Assembly (NCBI GenBank): GCA_964016885.1
Contig: CAXHJY010000918.1
Location: 29,219-93,218, forward strand
Source of the DNA: Eledone cirrhosa
Lineage: Eukaryota
Direction: 5' to 3'
Length of the DNA: 64,000 bases
Shown: piece after piece, positions 1 through 12,303 of the stretch
How the letters are laid out: the number at the start of each line of letters is the position of its first letter
Position numbering within the stretch: the stretch's first letter is position 1
The notes under the pieces: model-generated
Database searches by the model: none
Told to the model about the DNA's origin: nothing
What the model saw: only the letters and a program-made list of their open reading frames with translations
Made by a program: the position numbers and the translations under genes

Positions 1-1343
1 ACCTGACACTCATAGCAGAATCAATGGCCGAGCTAGAGAAGAAATTCCAAACATGGAAGCACGGCCTAGAGTCAAAAGGACTTAAAATTAACCTGGCTAA
101 GACCAAAGTACTAGTTTGTAGGAAAGAAAACAAGGCGGCGGTCCCTTCTGGGAAATGGTCGTGCTCGGTGTGTAGGAAAGGCGTAGGTAGAAACTCCATT
201 TTATGTCCTAAATGCAAAGTATGGGTGCATAAAAGATGTAGTGGGATCACAGGTAAGCTAACTAAGAACATAGATTTTACATGTGGCCGGTGCTCTGGTG
301 CAATAAGTAGCAGCAAGTGCCCACAAACTACTAGCTCTTTCAATTGCGCAGAGGGTTCTATAGAAATAGTGGACAGCTTCCGTTACCTGGGGGATAAAAT
401 CAGCAGTGGGGGAGGGTGCTCTGAAAGTACTGTAGCTAGAGTCAGAACTGGTTGGAAAAAGTTCAGAGAGCTTATACCACTATTAGCTGCTAAAGGGTTC
501 TCACTAAAAATGAAAGGCAGGTTGTACGATGCCTGCATACGAACAGCAATGTTGCATGGTAGTGAGACCTGGGCATTGTGTGCAGAGGATATACGCAGAC
601 TAGAGAGGAACGAAGCTTGCATGCTCCGCTGGATGTGTAACAGTAATATACGTGAACGGCAAAGCATAAACGAACTAAGGAAAAAATTAGAGATAAGAGG
701 GATCAGATGTTGTTTACTCGAGAGAAGGCTACGTTGGTATGGACACGTGATGCGCATGAAAGTCGATAGCTGTATAACAAAGTGCAGGGCAATAAAGATA
801 GACGGTAGTCACGGAATAGGCAGACCTAGAAAAACCTGGGACGAGCTGATAAACTCCGACATCACACACTTACACCTCTCCAAGACAATGTCACTGGACC
901 GAGACCTTTGGCGGTACTCAGTAACAGAGAAGACCCGCCTTACCTAAATATATAGTAAAACCTACTCCAGCCAGTAGGCATCTCTAACAAAATACACCCC
1001 GTCCCACCACCCCCGCCCCCACCCCATCCACACCACCCCGTTCTATGTAAAGTTATGTTGGTGCCGCGCCATCGAGGCCGAAACAAATGAGATCGTGTAG
1101 GTGTCACGACAAAAAAACACACAGTCCACGCTGTAATGTGGCCGTGTAGGCAACACGGTAAAAACCTCCCAGACCCACACTGTAAATGTGGTTGGTGTTA
1201 GGAAGGGCATCCAACTGTAGAAAACCTGCCAGACAGTCCTATGCGAGCAAGACAATCACTCTTGCCTCAAGTGGGACTACCCCCGTCCAAACCCATGCAA
1301 GCGTGGAACACGGACGTTAAACGTTGATGATGATGATGATGAT
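1..1343 (+). mobile_element. Young RTE-clade LINE, 3' part (RT C-terminus, 3' UTR, (GAT)n tail); runs off the left edge of the window
   Basis: Open frame begins (D)LTLIAES just after the expected YADD motif. It contains [24 protein letters not shown] and GRPRKTW, and the 3' UTR ends GGACGTTAAACGTT(GAT)n. Confidence 0.93.
3..947 (+). CDS. RTE LINE reverse transcriptase, C-terminal portion, with inserted PHD-type (C4HC3) zinc finger
   Basis: ORF 24..947 is open upstream to the window edge. RT motifs as above. CSVC..CPKC.xxxx.H.xx.C..CGRC lies between INLAKTKVL and FRYLG. Confidence 0.85.
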   Translation: MTLIAESMAELEKKFQTWKHGLESKGLKINLAKTKVLVCRKENKAAVPSGKWSCSVCRKGVGRNSILCPKCKVWVHKRCSGITGKLTKNIDFTCGRCSGAISSSKCPQTTSSFNCAEGSIEIVDSFRYLGDKISSGGGCSESTVARVRTGWKKFRELIPLLAAKGFSLKMKGRLYDACIRTAMLHGSETWALCAEDIRRLERNEACMLRWMCNSNIRERQSINELRKKLEIRGIRCCLLERRLRWYGHVMRMKVDSCITKCRAIKIDGSHGIGRPRKTWDELINSDITHLHLSKTMSLDRDLWRYSVTEKTRLT

Positions 1344-1359
1344 ATAAATTTATATCCAT

Positions 1360-1740
1360 ATCATCATCATCATCATCATCATCGTTTTACGTCCGTTCTT
1401 CCATGCTAGCATGGGTTAGACGGGTTGTCCTGTTGTGGGCAGTGTCTGGTCGGCTGACCATGCCTTGCTCATACAGGAACTGATTTTGGCTTCATTTCTA
1501 CAGCTGGATGCCCTTCCTAACACCAACCTCATTTACAGTGAGTGCTGGGTGCTTTTTTTCCATGGCGCCTACACATCCACTTTACAGTGTGGGCTGGGTG
1601 CTTTTTTGCCATGGCACCTCCACGATCACTTTGCAATGGTAGAGTGTGGCGGCATATTGTCTATATGCTTCAGCTTGTAGCCATGGGAGGTTGGGTACTC
1701 TGTATTACTGCGCGACGCCAGAGGTCACGGTCGTGTGTCA
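1360..1740 (-). mobile_element. Non-autonomous retroposon/SINE with RTE-type 3' tail
   Basis: (CAT)n followed by CGTTTTACGTCC..GCATGGG and TTTCTACAGCTGGATGCCCTTCCTAACACCAACC, shared with the RTE 3' UTR. Confidence 0.75.
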
Positions 1741-1915
1741 TCATATATATAAATATATACACATATATATAAATATATACACATATATATAAATATATGC
1801 ATATATATATAAATATACACATACATATATAAATATATACATATATATAAATATATACATATATATAAAATTATACATATATATATAGATATACACATAT
1901 ATATAAATAGACATA

Positions 1916-2533
1916 TCTATATATATAAAACTGAGGATGTCTGTGTGTGTCTCTGTGAGTTTGAATCCCTAAAACTCGAGAAGTAACCAACTGAACTTTA
2001 TATATGTATTACTTATGTTTCGGGGAGTGTTATCCACATAAAAAAATTCAACTTTTTGATCCCCTAGGGCCCGCATTAGGTGAAAAACTGCGTTTTTTCA
2101 ACCTTTTAGGGGTTTTTTGAGGTGTTACATCAGACCGATTTCCTTGAAATTGTAACTATGTATAAGTCCGTCTCTTCTTCATAATGTGAGCAAAGAAAAT
2201 CCAACTTTTTTATGGCCTAGAGCTCGCATTAGGTGAAAACCTATATTTTTTCAGCTTTTTTTAGCTGTTACGTCTAGCCGATTTTCCCAAAATTGCAAGG
2301 CATATTATGCACATAAAAAAAAATTCATTTTCTTGATCCCCTAGGGCCCGCATTAAAAAACCTGCATTTTTCCTCCTTCATCGAGGAAAATCTTAAAGAT
2401 TATCCGGCCATCAGAGTATTCGGTTTATTTTCTCTACATATTGTCCAGTTATGTAGTTTTTCCACGATTAGGTCTGTTGGTGGCCAGTGTTCCAAAATAC
2501 CTTATCGCGTGCAACGCCGGGTACCACTGCTAA
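1916..2533 (+). mobile_element. Non-autonomous Helitron
   Basis: 5' TC (TCTATATATATAAAACT) followed by a GTCTGTGTGTG tract. 3' GCGTGCAACGC hairpin then CTAA (CTRR) end. Inserted between A and T. Three internal copies of a CTAGRGCYCGCATTA-containing unit. Confidence 0.75.
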
Positions 2534-2553
2534 TATATATATAAATATATACA

Positions 2554-2882
2554 TCATTTCATTTTACGTCCGCTTTTTCCCTGTGCAAGGGTGGGACGGG
2601 AACTGATTCTGGCTTGATTTCTACAGCTGGATGCCCTTCCTAACACCAACCTCATTTACAGTGAGTGGTGGGCGCTTTTTTGCCGTGGCACCTCCACGAC
2701 CACTTTGCAGTGGAATGATAGGGACCCAGTCCCTATCATCTCATTTCTACAGCTGAGTAAACTGGAGCAATGTGAAATAAAGTGTCTTGCTCAAGGAAAC
2801 AACACATCAGCCGGTCTGAGAATTGAACTCACAACCTTTCAATTGCAAGGCCAATGCTCTAACCACTAAGCCATGTGCCTCC
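2554..2882 (-). mobile_element. tRNA-derived SINE with RTE-type tail
   Basis: Minus strand reads GGAGGCACATGGCTTAGTGGTTAGAGC (A box) .. GAGTTCAATTCT (B box), then CCTTGAGCAAGACACTT core and tail GGACGTAAAATGAAATGATG. Confidence 0.88.
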
Positions 2883-2960
2883 ATATATAAATATATATAT
2901 ATATTGTAATATCCATTTAGTTTCCTTTAAACAAGATGTTGGGAACCTCAATATGTTCTT

Positions 2961-3248
2961 TTAACCCTTTAGCATTTACATTATTCTATATTTACTAAAG
3001 TACCAGTAATGCACTGGGTAATTGCTGGCCTTGTGCCAAAAGTAGAAACAATTATTCTATATTTACTATTGTATTTTCACGGTAATGGCTTTATCTTACA
3101 TAATATCTAATCTACGAGATTTTTATATTATTTATTTTGAGAACAATACCTTAACATAAGTATGAGTGACCAGTTATGGCTTTTTTTGAACAAAAAGAGG
3201 TGAGAGAATTCTGGCCAGATATGGCTGGTTTAAATGCTAAAGGGTTAA
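2961..3248. mobile_element. piggyBac-like MITE carrying a 5'-truncated SINE with an 18-bp TSD
   Basis: TTAA-CCCTTTAGCATTTA ... TAAATGCTAAAGGG-TTAA termini. ATTATTCTATATTTACTA occurs at 2980-2997 and 3051-3068, flanking AAGTACCAGT..GTAGAAACA. Confidence 0.85.
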
Positions 3249-3265
3249 ATATATTTATCAATTTC

Positions 3266-4521
3266 AAGCATGGTAGAAGGACCTTGAGCTGAAAAACGTA
3301 AAAGTAAATTTAGCAAAGACAAAAGTCCTCATATGTAGGAAAGAAGACAGAAGGTCATACCATCAGAAAATTGACCTTGCTAGAGATGTCAGAAACGTGT
3401 GGGCAGAAATTCCCTAAGGTGCACTCAATGTAAACTATGGTCGCACAAGAGATGTAGTGGGTTTCCTTGCAGCCTAATGGAAAAGATAGACTTTACATGC
3501 AGCAGATGCACCGGACAGGTGAACCCAAAGATCACTCATGAAATAGATTCTTTCGGCTGCCAGGGGGCACCCTAGAAGTTCATGACAGCTTTTGCTATCT
3601 AACTGATGAAATTAGCATGGGGGCAGGATGTACTGAAAGTATGATAGCCAGGGTAAGAACAGGCTGGAAGATGTTCAGAGATCTATTACCACTGCGAACA
3701 ACAAAATGCATTTCTCTCAGAGTGATAGGTAGACTGTATGATGCCTGTATGTGAACTGTAATGTTACATGGCAGTGAAACATGGGCTTTAACTGCAGAAG
3801 ATCTGCAGAGGTTAGAAAGAAATGAGTCGAGAATGCTCTGATGAATCTGTAATGATAGTGTGCATCAGTGACATAGTTTAAGCCAACTGAGAGAAAAATT
3901 TGGTATTAGAGGAATTGGATGTAGTGTGCAAGAGAGAAGATTGCATTGGTATGGACATGTAGTGCACATGGAAGATAACAGCTGCATAAAGAAATGCCTA
4001 GAAAGACCCAGTTCCAAGGACACATGGAAGAGGTAGACCTAGAAAGACATGGGATGAGTTTGAAGGCCAACCATAAAAAGCTAAACCTCACAACAGAAAT
4101 GACTAAAGATCATGAGGGCTGGCAATATGTGGTGCTGACGAAAACCCAACCTCCAACATACAATGTGGCTTGACACACCCACTTCCACCACAGCTATCCC
4201 CAACACCACTACCGCACACATCTCATGTCGCCTCCCCACACATGCTTCAAGCTGTTGCCCCTTGTGAAGTGGTTACTGATAGGAAGGGTATCCAGCTGTA
4301 GAAAGCTTGCCAAACAAGGCATGACAGCCTCTAATGTTCGGTGATCTACATGATAAATGCACTCAGTACACATTGTCAAGTGGTTGGTGATAGGAAGGGC
4401 ACCCATCTGCAAAAACCAAGCCAGAAACAGTTCTGTGTGAGCAAGACATGGCCAACTGATCTGACTTGTCTCACAACAGGACAACTAATCTAACCCAAAT
4501 GGACATTAAACATTGATGATG
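3266..4521 (+). mobile_element. Old, degenerate RTE LINE 3' fragment
   Basis: Diverged match to 1-1343 (GGCAGTGAAACATGG, GGTATGGACATGT, AGACCTAGAAAGACATGGGATGAG) with stops and frameshifts; GAT tail. Confidence 0.85.
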
Positions 4522-4933
4522 TTTACTTCAATAAGTATATATTTACATATACCTCTGTCACACACAATGCATTTCCTATCTCAGTCATGCTGCTACAATA
4601 AGTTCACTTTTCAATCACTGTATTCTCACCTTACATTGATCCTTGTAAATAGTTATTTCTCCAGAGTTACTCATACATTTAATCCTAAATGTCATTTGTA
4701 CATAGAAACTTAACATGTAAGTAATAATAGCAGAGAAATGAATTATTTAATATTATTCTGTAATCAGTAATCAGCATAATCTATAGGACCTTTCTCATGC
4801 AAACCATTAATTCACCAGAACAAGAATATCTCATAGACATATATGAGGAAGAGTGGATGAAAAAGTTAATACTTAAAAGCAAATGATGAGGAAATGTTAG
4901 GATAGGTGTTGGAAAACATGCTGTGAACATTTT

Positions 4934-5221
4934 GACAGTGCCCAGTCCACACTGTAAAGTGGTCATGTAGGTGTCTCAACAAAAATAACCCAGTCCACAC
5001 TGTAAAGTGGATGTGTAAGTGTCACAACAAAATGCACCCAATACTCACTGTAAATGAGGTTGGTGTTAGGAAGGGCATCCAGCTGTAGAAACCAAGCCAG
5101 AATCAGTTCTGTATTAGCCAGACATGGTCACCTGACCTAACATTGCCCACAAAAGGACAACTCGTCTAACCCATACTATTGTGGAAGAATGGACGTAAAA
5201 CAGTGATGATGATGATGATGA
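4934..5221 (+). mobile_element. RTE 3' UTR-type non-autonomous fragment
   Basis: GGTTGGTGTTAGGAAGGGCATCCAGCTGTAGAAACC ... GGACGTAAAAC(GAT)n. Confidence 0.75.
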
Positions 5222-5563
5222 CTTCTAAGTTGTCAACTTGTTGGGCTTTTCAGGAGTAGCAAAGGGAAGAGCCATTCCATTTGTGAGCGAAGACTCACAG
5301 CAAGAGACACCAGGTAGGTTTGTATCAAGAGGTCTAATTTATGGCTACTCACAACCAGGAAGGAGAAGGTTGGGGCTTCATCCACCATGGCTGGGTTACC
5401 TGGGCAAGAGTGTATCATGTGGAAAGGGCTGGCACATCCAATGACATAAAATCACATTACTGATGAGGCATCTCTGCTTATCTGTCATGGTGTATGTTAC
5501 CCATATATATGTATATACTTATATATACATATATATATAGACATACATACATATGCAAGTGTT

Positions 5564-5620
<57 letters not shown>

Positions 5621-5624
<4 letters not shown>

Positions 5625-5798
5625 GAAGGAAGACGCAGTAGATGAAGACCACGAAAAACATGGGCGGAGGTGGTGAGAGCAAACCTCAGATCGCTGAAAC
5701 TCACGGAGGAGATGACGAGGACTGTGACAAGTGGAGAGTGGCTGTGCTGAATAGGACCCGTCCAACCCTTGCAAGCAGGAATAAGTGGACATAAAATG

Positions 5799-5803
<5 letters not shown>
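5621..5803 (+). mobile_element. 3' end of a short-UTR RTE subfamily
   Basis: AGACCACGAAAAACATGGGCGGAGGTGG (RPRKTWAEV) followed directly by ACCCGTCCAACCCTTGCAAG..GGACATAAAATGGTGAT. Related pieces at 22512-22618(-) and 50200-50381(+). Confidence 0.7.
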
Positions 5804-5851
<48 letters not shown>

Positions 5852-6048
5852 AGATTCAGAACCCTCAACAGCTGAGCTCCGGCCATTTCGAAAGCTATAT
5901 ATATGTATGTATATCAGATAGGGTATAGTAAAAAACCAGGTGGACCATAACCCAACAGAGTACTCAATAATGAATATTTTCCCTACCACCCTATTTAACT
6001 ATAAATATATGTATATAAATATATACAAATATATGAATATATATATGA

Positions 6049-6116
<68 letters not shown>

Positions 6117-6118
<2 letters not shown>

Positions 6119-6348
6119 TCATCATCATCATCATCATCATCATTTTACGTCCGCTTTTCCCTGCTTGCAAGGGTGGGACGGGAACTGATTCTGGCTTGAT
6201 TTCTACAGCTGGATGCCCTTCCTAACACCAACCTCATTTACAGTGAGTGCTGGGTGCTTTTTTGCCATGGCACCTCCACGACCACTTTGCAGTGGAATGA
6301 TAGGGACTGGGGTCCCTATCATCTCATTTCTACAGCTGAGTAAACTGT
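6117..6348 (-). mobile_element. SINE, head-truncated (same family as 2554-2882)
   Basis: Near-identical to 2554-2764 and breaks off at GAGTAAACTG. Confidence 0.85.
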
Positions 6349-6516
6349 ATATATATATATAGTGGCACATGCCGACGAGATACAGATAGCAGCAGCAGAG
6401 CAGAAAATTTTTTTACTGATGGCAGAGATTGTGGGACAGCTGACCTGGTTGCATCGTTTCCAGAGCCAGGGTCACCCACACCAGCACTCGAGACCACCAC
6501 AATTAAGGGACTCAGA

Positions 6517-7410
6517 GTGGCCGCCGCTGACACCAGGCCAGGTGTCATACCGACAGCCATTGCTGGCACACCAAAAGCCACACCAGTGCTGCTGCTGAAT
6601 GTTAGAGGCCTGGTGAAACTCACAAACATGAGTAAAATTCCCTACCTGGGAGACTTAGCCATAAGCAATCAAGCATTATGCATGGCACTAACCAAAATGC
6701 ACCTGACAAGCAGTATAGCAGATGCAGAAATACATATACCGAAATATACTGTATTCCGTTCAGACAGGAAGGAGAGAACTCATGGTAGGGTTGCTCTGTA
6801 TATCCGTGAAGATGTCACACCAATTGTACTGTTGACACATTCAAACTCAGTCTGTGACACACTGATAGTACATAAACTGGACCAGGGTCTCAACATTCTA
6901 CTGCTGGGACACGTCAACCTGTCAAAGGTCAAATGGCCTGAGGGCCACCTCCTCCCTGGAATGACGTCAATAGAACAGAGACAGACGGAATCCCTGCTGG
7001 CCCTCACACACAGGTTGTTCATGGAACAAGCAGTACTCCTCCCAACAAGAGGCGAAAATGTCCTGGACCTCTGTTTTACAAACAACGAAGTGCTCATCCA
7101 CAATGTAAAGGTGGCACCAACAATTTTCTCGGATCATTACTTAGTAGAACTAATGATATGTGGTCCGAGAGAACCAACAGAGACACAACCATCAAGAAGC
7201 ACCGGGACGTTATCCAGCCTTAACTTCTACAGGGCTAACTGGAAAAAAGATCAAGAGAGAAATCCAGAAGCAAACATGGAGCGAAAACACCGCCACACAA
7301 GACACCAACACACAATTTCAACACTTCATGACAACGACACACACTATATGCAAAAAGTTTGTCCCGGAGAAAAAGGCAAACAGACACAAAAATCTTATTC
7401 CCAGAGATAG
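6517..7410 (+). pseudogene. LINE apurinic-like endonuclease domain (frameshifted, internal deletion likely)
   Basis: ORF track 6517..7410 carries the EN motifs, then the reading frame shifts into ORF 7160..7531. Confidence 0.8.
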
Positions 7411-7729
7411 GAAAATCCTTATGAGACATAGAACCAAGCTCTCAAACCAGTTGAATGCACAACAAGAAAACAAAAACAAGAAGGAATCCTATTTGAAACG
7501 TGCACTACTTGACACCGAGATTGCACTCTAACTTTCCCATGAAAATGAGAGGGCAAAGAAAGAAAGCAGGGCCATAGAAAATATTAAAACAAACCCTAAA
7601 GCCTTCTTTAAATTTGCAAAAGAAACTGCCTCGGTACACTGCAAGATTGGGCCACTCTTCCATACAGACGGTTCATTAACCGAGAATCCTCAAGAGATAT
7701 GTGAAATACTGAACGAACAGTACAATAGT

Positions 7730-9034
7730 GTGTTCACATGTCCACTGAGGCACATGCAAATAACAGAGCCAGAGGAGTTATTTGATACCACAACACTACA
7801 TGAAGAAATGGTGACCATCAACCACATAGACATAACAGAGGAGGATGTGGTATACACCATAGATGAAATTAGAACAGACTCAGCTGCTGGACCTGATGGA
7901 TTCCCAGCAGTCCTCTTAAAAACATGTAAGCGGGCCTTAGCAACTCCACTGAAAACGCTCTTCAGAAGCTCCTTGGATAGCGGTATACTACCCAGGGAGC
8001 TGAAAGAAGGCACAATATGCCCTATCCATAAAGGAGGTAGCAGAGCGGAGGCCAAAAACTATAGGCCAGTCTCCCTGACGTCGCATATCAGTACGGTCAT
8101 AGAGCAAGTCGTCAGAAAGAAACTGATCACTTTCCTCGAGGAAAATGAGCGCCTGACTAGCATGCAGCATGGCTTCCGCCCAGGAAGAAGCTGCCTTACA
8201 CAGTTGCTACATCACTACGACTGGGTACTGAAACAACTGCTAGACAGCTCACATGTAGACGTGATATATTTTGACTTTGCGAAGGCCTTTGACAAGGTCA
8301 ACCACAGAATGATATGTCACAAACTACACGGACTCGGCATAACTGGAAAAGTAGGTGAGTGGCTGCATGACTTCTTAAAGGACAGAAGCCAGACAGTCGC
8401 AACAAATGGGGCCCTCTCAAAGGAAACATCAATAACAAGAGGAGTGTCCCAAGGGACAGTCCTGGGACCACTACTGTTTTCGGTGGCTCTCTCAGACATG
8501 CCCTCTGCAGTACATACAACAACGTCCCTCACTAGCTATGCTGATGATACTAAGATAGCACAGGCAATCAAAAGCCCGGCTGACGCTGCCCTTTTACAAC
8601 AAGTTCTGGATGCCATATACAAATGGGCGGAAGAAAACAACATGCAGTTTAATGCTGGCAAATTCCAAGCCCTACAATACAAACCTGCAAACACAAATAC
8701 AGCACAACACAGTTACGCAGGACCAGGAGGGACTGATATCCCCGTGTCAAAATCGATACGAGACCTGGGTATAGACATGAGCGATGATGCATCTTTTTCC
8801 TCACACATCATGAAAGTGGCGACAATGTGCAGACGACTCGCTGGCTGGATCTTGAGGACTTCCCGGACAAGAGACCGAGACACCATGTTGACACTATGGA
8901 GGACATTTGTCCTAAGCCGCCTGGACTATTGCTCCCAGTTGTGGTCACCCCATAGTGTCAAACTAACTACGGAGCTTGAGAAAATCCAACAAAGCCACAC
9001 CAAGAAGATTGCTACGATGAAGGAGATAAGCTAG
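7730..9034 (+). pseudogene. LINE reverse transcriptase domain (CR1 group), premature stop at 9032-9034
   Basis: 434-aa ORF with full RT motif set. LINE-like reading continues after the TAG (ERLKELNLYSLE, IYMWKILEG, GPQLFNKLP). Confidence 0.88.
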
Positions 9035-9284
9035 AGGGAGAGGCTAAAAGAACTGAACCTCTACTCCTTGGAATGAAGACGGGAGAGATACACAGTGATC
9101 TACATGTGGAAAATCCTGGAGGGACTAGCAACAAATTTTGGCATTAGGAGCTGGACAAACCGTCGAAGAGGACTCCACTGTGTGGTGCCAAAAGTCCTGT
9201 CTTTCACATCTAGAATAAGGAGCAGATATTGCAATAGCCTGGGATTCAAGGGCCCTCAACTCTTCAACAAGCTGCCGAGGGATC

Positions 9285-10029
9285 AGAGAGGAACGAAGCT
9301 TGCATGCTCCGCTGGATGAGTAACAGTAATATACGTGAACGGCAAAGCATAAACGAACTAAGGAAAAAATTAGAAATAAGAGGGATCAGATGTTGTTTAC
9401 TCGAGAGAAGGCTACGTTGGTATGGACACGTGATGCGCATGAAAGTCGATAGCTGTATAACAAAGTGCAGGGCAATAAAGATAGACGGTAGCCACGGAAT
9501 AGGCAGACCTAGAAAAACCTGGGACGAGCTGATAAACTCGACCTCACACACTTACACCTCTCCAAGACAATGTCACTGGACCGAGACCTTTGGCGGTACT
9601 CAGTAACAGAGAAGACCCGCCTTACCTAAATACATAGTAAAACCTACTACAGCCAGTAGGCATCTCTAACAAAATACCCCCCTGTCCCACCACCACCACC
9701 ACCACCCCATCCACACCACCCCGTTCTATGTAAAGTTATGTTGGTGCCACACCATCCAGGCCGAAACAAATGAGATCGTGTAGGTGTCACGACAAAAAAA
9801 CACACAGTCCACACTGTAATGTGGCCGTGTAGGCAACACGGTAAAAACCTCCTAGACCCACACTGTAAATGTGGTTGGTGTTAGGAAGGGCATCCAACTG
9901 TAGAAAACCTGCCAGACAGTCCTATGCGAGCAAGACAATCACTCTTGCCTCAAGTGGGACTACCCCCGTCCAAACCCATGCAAGCGTCGAACACGGACGT
10001 TAAACGTTGATGATGATGATGATGATGAT
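9285..10029 (+). mobile_element. Young RTE LINE 3' fragment fused to the CR1 element
   Basis: Near-identical to 602-1343, starting at AGAGAGGAACGAAGC. Confidence 0.93.
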
Positions 10030-10032
10030 ATG

Positions 10033-10125
<93 letters not shown>

Positions 10126-10179
10126 GTATGTATATATATATATATATAGATATATATGTATGTATATATATATGTGTGT

Positions 10180-10598
10180 CAGGTTACCAGTTGGTGGTAC
10201 TGGTAACAGGTATCCCAGTACAACCTGTCACATGGCCGGATAAACTCTGATATAACACCTGCAACCCTGATGGTATCCAATGATGTTGACTTGTTCTTCT
10301 TTTTGGTAAATATCATCTTGGTTAAGTGGGACTGGCTTTGTGCAGTGCCTTTGCTCACTATAAAAGCTTCACGGCACAGGCATTGCTTTATATCTGGAGA
10401 TCTCTCTGCACTTGTTGTCACATGGTACCAAGGGCTCAGCACTATGTGTCAATAATTGTCACAAGTGTAGTGTTTGTACCAGAGTTTTTAAGTCGCTGGC
10501 TGGACTAAAAAGTCACACTCGTTCAGCGCATCGGTAGGGATTCTCCTACATGGATATAAAGTAATGGCCGTACTCAAAAACGAGTTGGCAGCCACCAT
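10180..10598 (+). mobile_element. Non-autonomous element ending in an RTE/BovB-type C2H2 finger and 3' UTR (copy 1)
   Basis: 10454-10537 reads [27 protein letters not shown], followed by a short UTR ending GGCAGCCACCA. Second copy at 12304-12640. Confidence 0.65.
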
Positions 10599-10599
10599 G

Positions 10600-10670
<71 letters not shown>

Positions 10671-10671
10671 G

Positions 10672-10705
<34 letters not shown>

Positions 10706-10749
10706 TATGTATGTATATATATATATATATATGTGTATGTATATATATC

Positions 10750-10778
<29 letters not shown>

Positions 10779-10780
<2 letters not shown>

Positions 10781-12195
10781 CATCATCATCATCATCAGGT
10801 TTAGCGTCCGTGTTCCACACTTGCATGGGTTTGGACGGGGGTTTTCCCACTTGAGGCAAGAGTGGTTGTCTTGCTCGCATAGGACTGTCTGGCGGGTTTT
10901 CTACAGTTGGATGCCCTTCCTAACACCAACCACATTTACAGTGTGGGGCTGGGAGGTTTTTACCGTGTTGCCTACACGGCCACATTACAGCGTGGACTGT
11001 CTGGCGGGTTTTCTACAGCTGGATGCCCTTCCTAACACCAACCACATTTACAGTGTGGGGCTGGGAGGTTTTTACCGTGTTGCCTACACAGCCACATTTA
11101 CAGCGTGGACTGTGTGTTTTTTTGTCGTGACACCTACACGATCTCATTTGTTTTGGCCTGGATGTTGTGGGACCAACATAACTTTACATTGAAAGGGGCG
11201 GTGTGGATGGGGTGGAGGTGGTGGGACGGGGGTGTGTTTTGATAGAGATGCCTACTGACTGTAGTAGGTTTTTACTTTGTATTTAGGTAAAGGGGGTCTT
11301 CTCTATTACTGAGTCCCGCCAAAGGTCTCGGTCCAGTGACATTGTCTTGGAGAGGTGTAAGCGTGTGAGGTCGGAATTTATCAGCTCGTCCCATGTTTTT
11401 CTGGGTCTGCCTACTCCGTGGCTTCCGTCTATCTTTATTGCCCTGCACTTTGTTATACAGCTGTCGTCTTTCATGCGCATCACGTGACCGTACCAACGTA
11501 GCCTTCTCTCGAGTAAACAACATCTGATCCCTCTTATTTCTAATTTTTTCCTTAGTTCGTTTATGCTTTGCCGTTCACATATATTACTATTGCACATCCA
11601 GCGGAGCATGCAAGCTTCGTTCCTCTCTAGTCTGCGTATATCCTCTGCACACAATGCCCAGGTCTCACTGCCATGCAGCATTGCTGTTCGTATGCAGGCA
11701 TCGTATAACCTGCCTTTCATTTTTAGGGAGAACCCTCTAGCGGCTAATAGTGATATAAGCTCTCTGAACTTTTTCCATCCAGTTCTGACTCTAGCTACTG
11801 TACTTTCAGAGCACCCTCCCCCACTGCTGATTTTGTCACCCAGGTAACGGAAGCTGTCCACTATTTCTATAGAACGCTCTGCGCAGTTGAAGGAGCTAGT
11901 ATTTTATGGGCACTTGCTGCTACTTATTGCACCAGAGCACCGGCCACATGTAAAATCTATGTTCTTAGTTAGCTTACCTGTGATCCCACTACATCTTTTA
12001 TGCACCCATACTTTGCATTTGGGACATAAAATGGAGTTTCTACCTACGCCTTTCCTACACACTGAGCATGGCCATTTCCCAGATGGGACCGCCGCCTTAT
12101 TTTCTTTCCTACAAACGAGAACTTTAGTCTTAGCCAGGTTAATTTTAAGGCCTTTTGATTCTAGGCCGTGCTTCCATGTTTGGAATTTCTTCTCT
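10779..12195 (-). mobile_element. Young RTE LINE 3' part with tandemly duplicated UTR segment
   Basis: ORFs 11283..11861 and 11904..12494 reproduce the protein of 24..947; (CAT)n tail at 10779-10796. Confidence 0.93.
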
Positions 12196-12303
12196 GTATG
12201 TATGTATATATGTGTATATATATATATGTATGTATATATGTATGTATATATACATATATGTATATATATATATATGTGTATGTATATATATGTATATATA
12301 TCT

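Larger units (their letters stand above)
6361..9284 (+). mobile_element. CR1/L2-group LINE ORF2 (APE endonuclease + RT), disrupted, native 3' end missing
   Basis: EN motifs LLNVRGL, FRSDR..GRVALY, LDLCFT, SDH. RT motifs AAGPDGF, NYRPVSLTS, QHGFRPGRSC, DFAKAFDKV, GVSQGTVLGPLLF, YADDTKI, LDYCSQLWSP. Confidence 0.92.

Noticed and set aside
4787-4886. Possible plus-strand exon (TFLMQTINSPEQEYLIDIYEEEWMKKLILKSK*)
   Set aside because: Weak acceptor, no recognisable homology, and opposite to the inferred host gene strand.
5460-5490. CTGATGAG motif
   Set aside because: No paired stem II or downstream GAAA.
5848-5900. Minus-strand GAAA...CTGTTGAG resembling a permuted hammerhead
   Set aside because: The core deviates from CUGANGA and no consistent stems could be drawn.
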